The translations under genes and the position numbers were made by a program. From Spirochaetota bacterium (GTDB taxonomy: Bacteria > Spirochaetota > UBA4802 > UBA5550), in NCBI GenBank assembly GCA_963664815.2, contig CAXXHB010000002.1:576001-640000 (forward strand): 64,000 bases of DNA. Direction: 5' to 3'. Positions within the stretch are counted from its first letter, which is position 1, and each line of letters begins with the position of its first letter. The notes under the pieces are model-generated. The model was not told the DNA's origin. It ran no database searches and saw nothing but the letters and a program-made list of their open reading frames with translations. This document shows positions 30,118 through 39,612 of this stretch, in pieces.

Positions 30118-31685
30118 TGAATACGAAATCGGTACTGATAATTGCTGTAGCATCGCTGGCTTCGCTTCTTGAAGTTATAGATACATCAATTGTCAACGTG
30201 GCTATCCCTGCAATGATGGGTAACCTGGGTGTTTCACTTGATGATATAAGTGCGGTTGTTACCGGTTATGCTATTGCCAATGCTGTTGTACTGCCTTTAT
30301 CGGCGTGGGCCGCTAATAGAATCGGAAAAAGAAAGTATTATCTGGGATGCATAGCTGCGTTCACTGCTTCGTCGTTTGCCTGCGGGATATCTCCTAATTT
30401 GCAGACTCTTGTTTTATGTCGTATTCTTCAGGGGCTTGCCGGAGGTGCGCTGCTCCCGACTTCTCAGGAACTGATTTTCAACCAGTTTCCAAAGGAAAAA
30501 TCTGGTTATGCGGGAGCAATTTTCGGGTTGAGTATCATTATAGGTCCAACACTTGGTCCAGTGCTTGGCGGGTATCTGTCGGATAATTTCGGATGGAGAT
30601 CGGTTTTTAATGTCAATATTCCTCTTGGCGTCCTTGCTCTTTTAATCGGGTATGTAGTAATTACGGATGATGAGGTTTCAATGAGTGAGAGTGATTTTAA
30701 TGAAAATAGCAGAAATTATATTGATTTTAAGGGGCTTGCCCTGCTTTGTGCCGGGATTGGGGGTCTTCAGTATGTTCTTGAACGTGGAGAGGCAAATGAC
30801 TGGTTTTCATCTGATCTGATAGTTGCCTGTTCAATTATTTCTATAGTTTCGCTTGTAACTTTTGTCTGGTGGGAGCTTAAAGTTGACAATCCGGTAGTAG
30901 ATATGAAGCTTTTCAGAAAATCTACAGTTTCAATAGGAGTGATGCTTATTGCAGGGATGGGGTTCTTTATATATTCATCAGTTTTTATTACACCCTATTT
31001 TATAAATTTAGTTTTTCATTATAATGCAACTCAAACCGGAATGCTATTTATTCCCGGAGCTGTATTGACAATGCTGTTATTACCGGTTGTTGGTGCATTG
31101 ACTGACAGGATAGATCCCAGGTACCTGATTGCTACTGGTTTTTGCGGTGTATGTGTATGTCTTTTACTGATGAGCAGGTTTTCAACATTAACAAGTGAAT
31201 GGAGTATGCTTACAGCGCTTTTCGCAAGGGCTTTTGCAATGGCATTTCTTTTTCTCCCGATAACTTCATCTGTATCCAGCCAGTTTGAGGGATATGACCT
31301 TGCTCAGGTATCAGGGCTGCTGAACCTTCTGAGGCAGATAGGAGGGAGTTTTTCAATAGCACTAGTCGGTACTATTTTATCCAGAAATATGCATCAGAAT
31401 ATGCTGAATCTTACTTCAAAGGTTTCGCTCCTGAACCAGCAGACACAGATAACAGTAGCACAGGCAAATGGAGCAGTTGCATTGAAAATGAGTAAAACCC
31501 TGGGTTGTAATAACCCGGATGCAGGAGCACTTATGGCAATAGCAGCGAGGATAAAATCTCAGGCCTTTGTTGTAACCTTTGATCAGTTGATGATTATAAT
31601 TCTCTTTGTTGAGATTTTATGCTTTTTACCGGCAATATGGCTGAAAATTGACAGAACTAAACAAGTCAGGTTTACTGGACATTGA
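30117..31685 (+). CDS. EmrB/QacA (DHA2) MFS efflux permease
   Basis: DTSIVNVAIP, RILQGLAGG, GPTLGPVLGG, WRSVFNVNIP; about 14 TM. Confidence 0.92.
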   Translation: MNTKSVLIIAVASLASLLEVIDTSIVNVAIPAMMGNLGVSLDDISAVVTGYAIANAVVLPLSAWAANRIGKRKYYLGCIAAFTASSFACGISPNLQTLVLCRILQGLAGGALLPTSQELIFNQFPKEKSGYAGAIFGLSIIIGPTLGPVLGGYLSDNFGWRSVFNVNIPLGVLALLIGYVVITDDEVSMSESDFNENSRNYIDFKGLALLCAGIGGLQYVLERGEANDWFSSDLIVACSIISIVSLVTFVWWELKVDNPVVDMKLFRKSTVSIGVMLIAGMGFFIYSSVFITPYFINLVFHYNATQTGMLFIPGAVLTMLLLPVVGALTDRIDPRYLIATGFCGVCVCLLLMSRFSTLTSEWSMLTALFARAFAMAFLFLPITSSVSSQFEGYDLAQVSGLLNLLRQIGGSFSIALVGTILSRNMHQNMLNLTSKVSLLNQQTQITVAQANGAVALKMSKTLGCNNPDAGALMAIAARIKSQAFVVTFDQLMIIILFVEILCFLPAIWLKIDRTKQVRFTGH

Positions 31686-31751
31686 GATGATGCAATGTAA
31701 TTATCTGTGAAAGTATACCAAAGACAGAATGCCGAGAAGAAATATTAAATA

Positions 31752-33224
31752 TCATTTTAATTTCTGTGCAACACTAAGACATTCATCGGTTAATTGCAAC
31801 CCGTGGGCATCTGGTTTATATTCATGGCAGAGTTTTCCAAGGTATTCAATGGCTTTTATTATTTTATCATTCCAGTGCCCGGCATTTATTCTCATACAGT
31901 TATTAAATTTCGGTTTCATGGAAAAAAGACACCCGGGTGCTATGAGAATGTTTTTCTTAAGAGCTTCGTGATAAATGTGAAGGGAATCTATTTCGCCAGG
32001 AAGTGTAACCCAAAGTAATGATCCACCTTCAGGATTGGTAACCCTTGTTCCTTCCGGAAAACTATCAAGTATGCAAGCTCTGACTTCACCGACCTGAATT
32101 TTCAGAGAGTCGCGTAGTTTTCTCATATGGCGATCATATCCGCCCTCTTTAAGGAAGCGAGCCGCTGCAATCTGATTAATAGCCCCTGTAGAGATGTTAA
32201 GCAGGTTTTTGAGACTGCATATTTCGTCAAAATATTTTTCACCGGGAGCTATCCAGCCTATGCGCAGACCCGGCGAAACTGTTTTTGTAATAGATGAACA
32301 GTGAATGACATTACCTGTTTTATCGTAAGCCTTGCACGCTGATGGTCTGGAATCAAAATAAAGTTCTCCATATATATCATCCTCAATTAATATTACATTG
32401 TACTCATCGAGGATTTCAACCATCTCTTTTTTTCTGTTCACGGCCATTGCAAAGCCGAGAGGATTATTAAAGTTAGGTATTGTAAACATAGCTTTGACAG
32501 GATGATTTTCAAGTACAAACTTCAGTGTATCAAGGTTTACTCCGTCTTTTTCGGACGATGGTATCTCTATTAATTTAAGATTGAGACGCTGAAGAAGCTG
32601 CAGTGAACTGAAATACATAGGACTTTCATAAATAATAGTATCTCCTGGTTTGCATAAAACCATAAGAGAAAGAAATATCGCTTCATGGCATCCATTGGTT
32701 ACAATTATCTCCTCCGGGTTGAGATCTATTCCTGCAGACAGACTAAGCCGTGATATCTGTTTGCGGAGTTCCGGGTATCCCGGCGACATCATGTAAGCGA
32801 AAGATTCATGATCGTGATAGCGGAGAGCTTCCTGTATATATTTGCTCAGTTTTTCTATTGGCCATAAGTCCGGGTGGATATTTGACAAACCAAGGTTAAG
32901 TTCAGGACTGTATTTCCCTGAATACTGAAAAGCTCCATATATCTGGCATAACCCAAACTGTTGAGGGTCCATTAAAGCCGGGTCAATGGCCGAGGGTTCG
33001 TGATCCCGGTTTTTCTTTCTGACATAAAATCCGGACTGTGGGACTGCTTCTATATAATTCTGTTTTTCAAGTGTCCAGTATGCTTCTTTAATCGTATTTA
33101 TACTCACGCCGAGTTCACTGCTAAGTTGTCGCATTGACGGAATTCTGTCACCCTCCTTCAGTATTCCGTGGTGTATAAGTCCAAGAATTTTTTCTGCAAC
33201 TTGTTCATATCGTGTTGCTTTCAT
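31752..33224 (-). CDS. MocR/GabR-family regulator (GntR HTH + PLP aminotransferase domain)
   Basis: GDRIPSMRQLS...VSINTI..AY, PQSGFYV, NPLG, IEDDIY, SITKTVSPGLRIGW. Confidence 0.93.
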   Translation of the reverse strand: MKATRYEQVAEKILGLIHHGILKEGDRIPSMRQLSSELGVSINTIKEAYWTLEKQNYIEAVPQSGFYVRKKNRDHEPSAIDPALMDPQQFGLCQIYGAFQYSGKYSPELNLGLSNIHPDLWPIEKLSKYIQEALRYHDHESFAYMMSPGYPELRKQISRLSLSAGIDLNPEEIIVTNGCHEAIFLSLMVLCKPGDTIIYESPMYFSSLQLLQRLNLKLIEIPSSEKDGVNLDTLKFVLENHPVKAMFTIPNFNNPLGFAMAVNRKKEMVEILDEYNVILIEDDIYGELYFDSRPSACKAYDKTGNVIHCSSITKTVSPGLRIGWIAPGEKYFDEICSLKNLLNISTGAINQIAAARFLKEGGYDRHMRKLRDSLKIQVGEVRACILDSFPEGTRVTNPEGGSLLWVTLPGEIDSLHIYHEALKKNILIAPGCLFSMKPKFNNCMRINAGHWNDKIIKAIEYLGKLCHEYKPDAHGLQLTDECLSVAQKLK

Positions 33225-33254
33225 AAATTTAACCTCGTTTTCCGGCTCATCTAT

Positions 33255-33362
33255 GACAGGTTTACAGTTCCGGATAAATAAATAAAGACACAGTTTTGTT
33301 AAAATATAGGGACACAGTAATATTTCAACAATATCTGTTATAGTATGAAATTTTATAACTGG
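33255..33362. promoter_or_regulatory. Probable MocR operator repeats in the divergent promoter
   Basis: GACACAGT at 33287 and 33311, plus related ACAG / CTGT / ACTGG half-sites. Confidence 0.45.
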
Positions 33363-33424
33363 TGCTTAAAAATAAAACAATTTTAAAGTAAATTTTTAAA
33401 AAATTCAGGGAAGGATATTTTATC

Positions 33425-33751
33425 ATGAATGTTGGAAAATCTGAAGAAAATAATTTGCTCATAGAAAAGGGATCTGTTGCATCATTCAAGAGAGGTGAAT
33501 ATGTTATCTATTGCATGAATGGAATTATATGGGTAACATGGCCCGGGAGTGCTGATGTTATACTGAAGGAAGGAGATGATATTTTTGTCAGATCATCAGG
33601 AAAACTCTGCATAACGGCATTATCGGAAGTCTGTATTAATATTAAAAATAATAAAATGAGTATCGGGATTGAAGGTTTCAGAGAATTAGTGTTGAGAAAA
33701 ATCAATGGGCTGTTTTTATCCTATTTGAAAAAAGATGTAATCCGATATTAA
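33425..33751 (+). CDS. DUF2917-like small protein
   Basis: CMNGIIWVTWPGSADVILKEGD pattern; divergent from a MocR regulator. Confidence 0.7.
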   Translation: MNVGKSEENNLLIEKGSVASFKRGEYVIYCMNGIIWVTWPGSADVILKEGDDIFVRSSGKLCITALSEVCINIKNNKMSIGIEGFRELVLRKINGLFLSYLKKDVIRY

Positions 33752-33775
33752 TTGGCGGATAATCATAAACTTAAC

Positions 33776-33815
33776 TAAGTGTTTTTACTTAATGTAAATT
33801 AAGGGTTTTCCCTTA
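33776..33815. promoter_or_regulatory. Tandem 16-bp palindromes TAAG-N8-CTTA
   Basis: TAAGTGTTTTTACTTA (33776-33791) and TAAGGGTTTTCCCTTA (33800-33815), 13/16 identical. Confidence 0.5.
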
Positions 33816-33869
33816 TATGTTATTTTTTTAATTTATTTGACTTTATAAATTAAAGAGTTAAATGTTAAT

Positions 33870-33985
33870 AATCAGGCTTGGTACTGATATCCTATTTATC
33901 AACTTATGAAAGCTGAATAACGGTCAATCCTTCCAATTTCATGAGAGAAGTCCCTTCGGGGCTTCTCTCATGAATATCAGGCATT
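33870..33985 (+). ncRNA. Candidate small structured RNA
   Basis: TTGACT upstream at 33837; long hairpin 33938-33974 with a C(UUCG)G loop; outer CTGATAT/ATATCAG pairing; no ORF. Confidence 0.3.
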
Positions 33986-34190
33986 TTATTAACATTCTAA
34001 GAATATCTTCGATAAACGCCAGGTTCCCCAATTAATGATTAAAATAAATGAAATTCCTGAACTCATCGCTATATAAAAAACTGAAATTTAACATTATGCT
34101 GCAGTCTTGGCATAATAAACATTTTATAAATAATTGACAAATACCTGTTCGGTACAATAGTGACATCAATATTTATCAAAGGATTTTTGT

Positions 34191-35186
34191 ATGAATACAG
34201 GGTATAAATTTAGAGTTTTTACTATTATTTTAGTTTTTATTACATATCTTTTAAGTTCAAACGTTTTTTCAGCCCAGGAAACGGATAAATCCATAACCAA
34301 CAGTGTCAATAAAGAAAATATAACAGATAATGCTTCGGGTAATGATGACATTACTGCACAGGATATAACCCGCTGGTCGATACTTGGAGGTACTGTTCCG
34401 GTAGTTTTTCTTTTCGGATTAAAATCATGGGATTGGGGTGATAGGCATAGTCCTTATTCGAAAAGAGAAGGTTTCTTTGGTGAAAGTACCAGTTTTGGTG
34501 GAGCTGATAAAGCGGGGCATTTCTTTGCACATTATATGGTACAGAGAGGAGTTTATAATATTTTTAACTGGACCGAAGATGGCGAAAACCAGAAATGGGC
34601 CTACTCTATAGGAACTACCATGATGGTGGGTTTATTTATTGAAGTAGGAGATGCATATACTTCTGCTTACGGGTTTTCATATGAAGATCTGGTAGTTGAT
34701 TACACCGGTATTCTTATCGGAGCAGCACTTGATTATTGGCCAACTCTTGATGGATTTATAGGATTTAGTATTGAGTATATTCCTTCAGATGCTTACAGGA
34801 ATGGATATAATAAAAATGAACGCATTAAATATGCACTTGATATTGTAAATGACTATAGCGGGCAGCAGGTTATGATGAATTTTAAACCCGCTGGATTTCG
34901 GAACCTCGGTTTTGATGTTCCACTTGCTCTGAGATTGCTCAGCATTGATGTTGGATATTATACCAAAGGATATACTCATTATGATATAGGGGAATATTCT
35001 CATAAACATGAAAGAGATATTTTTGTGGGTGTGTCCATAAACTCAGCCCAGCTTCTCTCTGAATTGTGGCCTGTAGAACACAGAAATGTTGTATACACAA
35101 TGTCTCATACATTTCTTGAATATTACCATCTGCCTTACGATCGCCTGCCTGTGCCTACAAGGTATGTTAATGATCTTAACGAGTAA
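34191..35186 (+). CDS. DUF2279/YfiM-like exported or outer-membrane protein
   Basis: GGADKAGHF, IEVGDA, GFSYEDL, NDYSGQ motifs; signal peptide. Confidence 0.75.
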   Translation: MNTGYKFRVFTIILVFITYLLSSNVFSAQETDKSITNSVNKENITDNASGNDDITAQDITRWSILGGTVPVVFLFGLKSWDWGDRHSPYSKREGFFGESTSFGGADKAGHFFAHYMVQRGVYNIFNWTEDGENQKWAYSIGTTMMVGLFIEVGDAYTSAYGFSYEDLVVDYTGILIGAALDYWPTLDGFIGFSIEYIPSDAYRNGYNKNERIKYALDIVNDYSGQQVMMNFKPAGFRNLGFDVPLALRLLSIDVGYYTKGYTHYDIGEYSHKHERDIFVGVSINSAQLLSELWPVEHRNVVYTMSHTFLEYYHLPYDRLPVPTRYVNDLNE

Positions 35187-35210
35187 TGATTGCAAATAAA
35201 AAGTATTAAG

Positions 35211-35245
35211 AGCGGGGGTGTTAATAAATCCTCCGCTGTTTATTT
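35211..35245 (+). terminator. Probable intrinsic terminator
   Basis: AGCGGGGG...CCTCCGCT stem followed by a T-rich tail. Confidence 0.5.
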
Positions 35246-35277
35246 GTGGATGTGAAAAACAAGATTAATAAATAACT

Positions 35278-35778
35278 GTGAAAAATGTTATAATTGATTC
35301 ATCCTCTGCAATACTGATTTACAGAAGCGGTATGTTTTCAGCTCTGCTAAGGTATTGTTACCCTGTCATACCGGAGTCTGTTTACAGAGAAGTGACGGTA
35401 TCCGGGCACACTGGGTCCGATTTTTTTTCGGATCTTTGTGAAAAGGGTGTAATAACTGTATATAAGACAACGGAGAGATTTGACCTTTCACTAAGCTTTC
35501 TTCATGAAGGTGAGCGGGGTGTTATCGATATCTTTTATGAAGGGAAAGGCGATTTTGTTATCATGGATGACGGGAAGGGGGGTGCATTTTGCAGGGATAA
35601 TAACATTCCGTATATAAATGCATTGCTGGCTGTAAAAATTATGTTAATGAAAAAAATAGTTACTGAAGCTGAATATGCAGATGCAAGGCGTTGGCTCCTT
35701 AAATATGGAAGATATTCTGAAAAGGTAAAATTGTGGACAGATAATGCCGATGAACATATGCTTTCTTTTTTTTTATAA
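35278..35778 (+). CDS. PIN-fold (DUF3368-like) protein
   Basis: VIIDSS, IPESVYREV, LHEGE, VIMDD acidic motifs. Confidence 0.65.
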   Translation: MKNVIIDSSSAILIYRSGMFSALLRYCYPVIPESVYREVTVSGHTGSDFFSDLCEKGVITVYKTTERFDLSLSFLHEGERGVIDIFYEGKGDFVIMDDGKGGAFCRDNNIPYINALLAVKIMLMKKIVTEAEYADARRWLLKYGRYSEKVKLWTDNADEHMLSFFL

Positions 35779-35901
35779 GAAAAAAACGGCAGCAATGAAA
35801 AAAACGAGGGATGAAAATAGTTTCCGGTTTTTGTTGGAGGAGTATTTAAAAGAACAGTTGCAAGCATATTTTCAAGATTTGAAAAGATATAAAATTCTAT
35901 A

Positions 35902-36474
35902 TTATTTTTCACCACATGCAATAAAAGTTTCAATCTTAATCTCTTCTCCGGTTTCAACAGAAACTGTGAAAAAGTGATCCAGTTTTTCAATGGATATGTT
36001 TCTGAATCCAGTTTTTATAAACCAGACATAAAGATCGGGAAGAGAAAAACCGGGCCACCTGTTGTGATGATTTTCAATGTACTTCGTATGATCGTGAAGT
36101 ATAATATCGGTTATTGCAGCTTTACCCCCGGATTTCAGAATACGGAAAATTTCTTTGAGTGAGGCCTGAGGATTGTCAGTATGGTGAAGATACATGTTGG
36201 CAAAGGCGTAATCCACAGAGTTGTCATCAAGTTTAATAATATCAGAATCAGTCAGTAATGCTTCGAACTCTTTTATATTAGCGAATTTTTCTTTCATAAA
36301 ATCAATCATGGCTGGAGATGTTTCCACTGCTATGACATTTAAGTCAGCGTCAAGGAGCCCCTCGGAAAAGAATCCGATGCCGGCTCCTATATCTGCGGCA
36401 GTCTTTCCGCTGATTGTCTTAAGCTGCATAACAGCCTCGTCTCTTATCTTTTTTGAATAGAATTCTTCTTTCAT
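35902..36474 (-). CDS. Class I SAM-dependent methyltransferase
   Basis: AADIGAGIGF, AVETSPAM, DNSVD, LHH, RILKSGG. Confidence 0.88.
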   Translation of the reverse strand: MKEEFYSKKIRDEAVMQLKTISGKTAADIGAGIGFFSEGLLDADLNVIAVETSPAMIDFMKEKFANIKEFEALLTDSDIIKLDDNSVDYAFANMYLHHTDNPQASLKEIFRILKSGGKAAITDIILHDHTKYIENHHNRWPGFSLPDLYVWFIKTGFRNISIEKLDHFFTVSVETGEEIKIETFIACGEK

Positions 36475-36676
36475 GGAAAATCCTCTGTATATAATTATAT
36501 ACTGTATTTAATTCGATTTTATGTAATGCACATAATAATAAAAGCAATAAAATTTTTTATTGCAAATAGTTAAAGCAGACATAACATGTGTGTTTAATTA
36601 TTACAGTTTTAAACGTTATATTTAATTTTGCACACATCTTATGTGTGATAGAGAATCACCGGCTTCAGGATATTAA

Positions 36677-37549
36677 ATGGATATTGAGATCTGCTACAGA
36701 ATACTGCAAATCGTGGAGTCCACATCGGATGAGGAGATTTCACGGTCCTTTAAGGCTTTGGCAATGAAATACCATCCCGATAAAAATCCGCAGAGGCGCG
36801 AATGGGCAAATGAGCAGATGACCATTCTTAATACCGCCTATTCAACACTTATGAGCTACAGATTCAGCCAGGGGAGTCCTGAAGCGGCGAATGAAATAAG
36901 AAAAAATGAACAGGAGCAGAGAGGAAGATCTTCCCATACCGGAGAAAGCCGAAAGAATGATTCACGCAGCCAGACAACAAGTGAAGAAGACAGAGAGTAT
37001 CTTATAAGCAGATTCATTCATGCAAGAGAGGACGCAAAGGATGTAATGTATAAGTATTTTCAGTATAATCTATACAACTTCCACCGCAGGGAGGATAGGG
37101 GAAACAGAAGAATATACAATGACATAATTGTTTCCTTAAGGAAATCATATCATCTGATAAAAAAATATTCATCTCTTACCGGAGACAGTGAACTTCTTGA
37201 GCATTTCAATATTTTTAACAGAATGATTTTTGATTTCTACAGAGCGTCCGAATGTATGAATATAATTGATTCATATAATGACAGCTATGAGGTTGATGCT
37301 TACAGGATGTACAGAAAAGGGGATGAACATCTTCACATGAGCGAAAAGGAACTTTTTTTTGACAGGCACAACAGAGGCCATCTTGATATGAGAAAAACAG
37401 TACCGGAACTTCTTGACGCTGAGAACATATTCAGAAGGACTCTACAGGTGTATAAAAATTCATCGTGGACAGTGGAATCATCTATTAAATTAGAATACGT
37501 TTTATCACTGAAGGCTTATATTACATTATTTTTTTCCTCTGACTCTTAA
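36677..37549 (+). CDS. J-domain (DnaJ-like, class III) protein
   Basis: YRILQI...LAMKYHPDKNP...LNTAYSTL; unknown helical C-terminal domain. Confidence 0.85.
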   Translation: MDIEICYRILQIVESTSDEEISRSFKALAMKYHPDKNPQRREWANEQMTILNTAYSTLMSYRFSQGSPEAANEIRKNEQEQRGRSSHTGESRKNDSRSQTTSEEDREYLISRFIHAREDAKDVMYKYFQYNLYNFHRREDRGNRRIYNDIIVSLRKSYHLIKKYSSLTGDSELLEHFNIFNRMIFDFYRASECMNIIDSYNDSYEVDAYRMYRKGDEHLHMSEKELFFDRHNRGHLDMRKTVPELLDAENIFRRTLQVYKNSSWTVESSIKLEYVLSLKAYITLFFSSDS

Positions 37550-37675
37550 CAATTTTACTATTGACAGGAGATGCAGTCAGCAACGAATTGGGAAAAACCG
37601 GTCTGTTCCGGGGATTGCCTGAGTATGTTACATGTGTGCGGGATTGTTGAAAATAAAAGAAAATAGAAGGATGTT

Positions 37676-38839
37676 ATGACTCAATACAGCAATGATTCAC
37701 CGATATATACAGAAATAGACCTGGATGCTTTCAGGAATAACATGAAAGAGATAAAAAAAATATTAAAACCAGGTACAGAGATAATGGCCGTGGTAAAAGC
37801 TGATGCATACGGTCACGGAGGAGATAGAATTGCCCGTGAAGCTGTTATGTGTGGTGCGTCATATCTTGCAGTAGCGAGAATGAATGAAGCTATCCGCATA
37901 AGAGAGTGTGGGATAAGTGTCCCGGTTCTCCTTTTTGATGATTGCGTTTCGGAAAACACATCGAGGTATATTGAACTGAATGTTCGCCCTACAATCAATA
38001 CTTTAGCTGAAGCTGAAAATTTTTCCCATCAGGCATCACTTAGCGGAAAAAGACTGAAAGTTCATATAAAAATAGATACTGGTATGGGACGTCTTGGATT
38101 TATCGCAGACGGACTTTCCTTTAATAATGATATAAGTACTCTTCCAGAATTAATAAAAAAAATTTCTCAGCTTCCATATATTGAAATTGAGGGTATATAT
38201 TCCCATTTTGCAAATGCCGATACAAAAGATAAAACTCATGCGAATAGTCAGTTAAGTCTATTTTTAAATCTGAAAAAAGAACTGGAAAATATTTTACCCG
38301 GAAATATACTTTTTCATATGGCAAACAGTGCTGGTATAATGGACATACCGCAGTCTCATTTTGATATAGTCCGTCCCGGAATAATAATGTATGGTCTTTA
38401 TCCATCGGATGAAGTTGACAGGAGCAGAATTAATCTTAAACCGGTTATGTCGCTGAAATCAAAAATCATCCATATCAAAAAAGTAGGACCAGGTTTTAAA
38501 GTCAGTTATGGCAGTACTTTTGAAACTGATCGGGAAACAGTAATTGCAACTGTCCCTGCCGGGTATGCTGATGGTTTGAGCAGACATTTATCTTCAAAAG
38601 GGGAAATGCTTGTTCATGGAAAAAGAGCTCCTGTTCTCGGAAGGGTATGTATGGATCTTACAATGATTGATGTAACTTATATAGATGGAGTAAAACTAAA
38701 TGATGAAGTAGTCATCATTGGTGAACAGGGCGGAAGCAGCATTTCTGCGGATGAGGTAGCTGAAAAAACAGGTACAATAAGCTACGAGGTTTTAACATCA
38801 ATTGCGCCAAGGGTACCAAGAAGATTTATAAATGAATGA
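37676..38839 (+). CDS. alr: Alanine racemase
   Basis: AVVKADAYGHG (PLP lysine), KIDTGMGRLG, GYADG, GRVCMD, TISYE. Confidence 0.97.
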   Translation: MTQYSNDSPIYTEIDLDAFRNNMKEIKKILKPGTEIMAVVKADAYGHGGDRIAREAVMCGASYLAVARMNEAIRIRECGISVPVLLFDDCVSENTSRYIELNVRPTINTLAEAENFSHQASLSGKRLKVHIKIDTGMGRLGFIADGLSFNNDISTLPELIKKISQLPYIEIEGIYSHFANADTKDKTHANSQLSLFLNLKKELENILPGNILFHMANSAGIMDIPQSHFDIVRPGIIMYGLYPSDEVDRSRINLKPVMSLKSKIIHIKKVGPGFKVSYGSTFETDRETVIATVPAGYADGLSRHLSSKGEMLVHGKRAPVLGRVCMDLTMIDVTYIDGVKLNDEVVIIGEQGGSSISADEVAEKTGTISYEVLTSIAPRVPRRFINE

Positions 38840-39126
38840 GAGATATAAAGAGAACAGAAATGATAGAGAGCTGTACAAATAAAAAAGAGATACTTTATCC
38901 GGCAGAGATTATGTTCAAGGCAGTTTTCAGGAATATGCCATATACAATGGATACTATAAAAAACATAGTTCATGAACATGCGGCAAACGGTAATGTTACT
39001 TCACGAGAAAGTTCCGGCGGAAAGTTCATATCCTATACGGTTTCAGGGATATTCATTTCGGAGGATGTTTTAAATTCCACATGTACAAAGATTACAATGA
39101 TTAACGGATTCATGTCTATGTTTTAA
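38836..39126 (+). CDS. DUF493/YbeD-like protein
   Basis: YPAEIMFKAV and SSGGKFISYTV patterns; ATGA overlap with alr. Confidence 0.7.
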   Translation: MRDIKRTEMIESCTNKKEILYPAEIMFKAVFRNMPYTMDTIKNIVHEHAANGNVTSRESSGGKFISYTVSGIFISEDVLNSTCTKITMINGFMSMF

Positions 39127-39142
39127 ATGGGTACTGATTTAT

Positions 39143-39598
39143 TCAGGAATTGTTTTTATCAGAATCATCAAATTCCTTCTCAGTAAAAACTGTTATACCA
39201 GATTTAATAAAAAGATCAGCGGTAATACCGTTACCGGTTGTAAGATTTCCGCAGAATGTTCCATCATAAATCATTCCACAACCACAGGATGGGCTTTTTG
39301 ATTTTAAAATAGCGATAGTAATTTTATTTTTTTTGGCTATCTCAAGTGATAACGTCGCCCCGGTGATAAATTCTTCAGTGAAGTCAGTCCCATTTTCTGA
39401 TATAATCTTTGTTGAACCGTTTTCATTTATCCGTAATTCACATCTGGGACGAGGTATTGTGAGGCCACCGAGTATTTCCGGACAGACAGATACGGCATCG
39501 CCGTTTTCTACAAGCTCCTGTAAAGCATTAATTGTGTTGGAATTTCCGTCATACCTGCATCTTTCGCCGGCGAGACAAGCACTGACAAGGTATTTCAT
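39143..39598 (-). CDS. DUF523 (2-thiouracil desulfidase-like) protein
   Basis: LVSACLAGERCRYDG, VCPE..GGL..PR, LKSKSPSCG, GNGITA. Confidence 0.9.
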   Translation of the reverse strand: MKYLVSACLAGERCRYDGNSNTINALQELVENGDAVSVCPEILGGLTIPRPRCELRINENGSTKIISENGTDFTEEFITGATLSLEIAKKNKITIAILKSKSPSCGCGMIYDGTFCGNLTTGNGITADLFIKSGITVFTEKEFDDSDKNNS

Positions 39599-39612
39599 GC
39601 AGTAATATCCAT

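Noticed and set aside
35766-35977. T9 tract before the PIN stop that could frameshift into a downstream small ORF (35795-35977)
   Set aside because: The downstream ORF overlaps the convergent methyltransferase by 76 bp and has no motif; homopolymers are common in this AT-rich DNA
37550-37675. GC-richer leader before alr as a possible riboswitch
   Set aside because: No glycine, lysine or T-box consensus elements recognised
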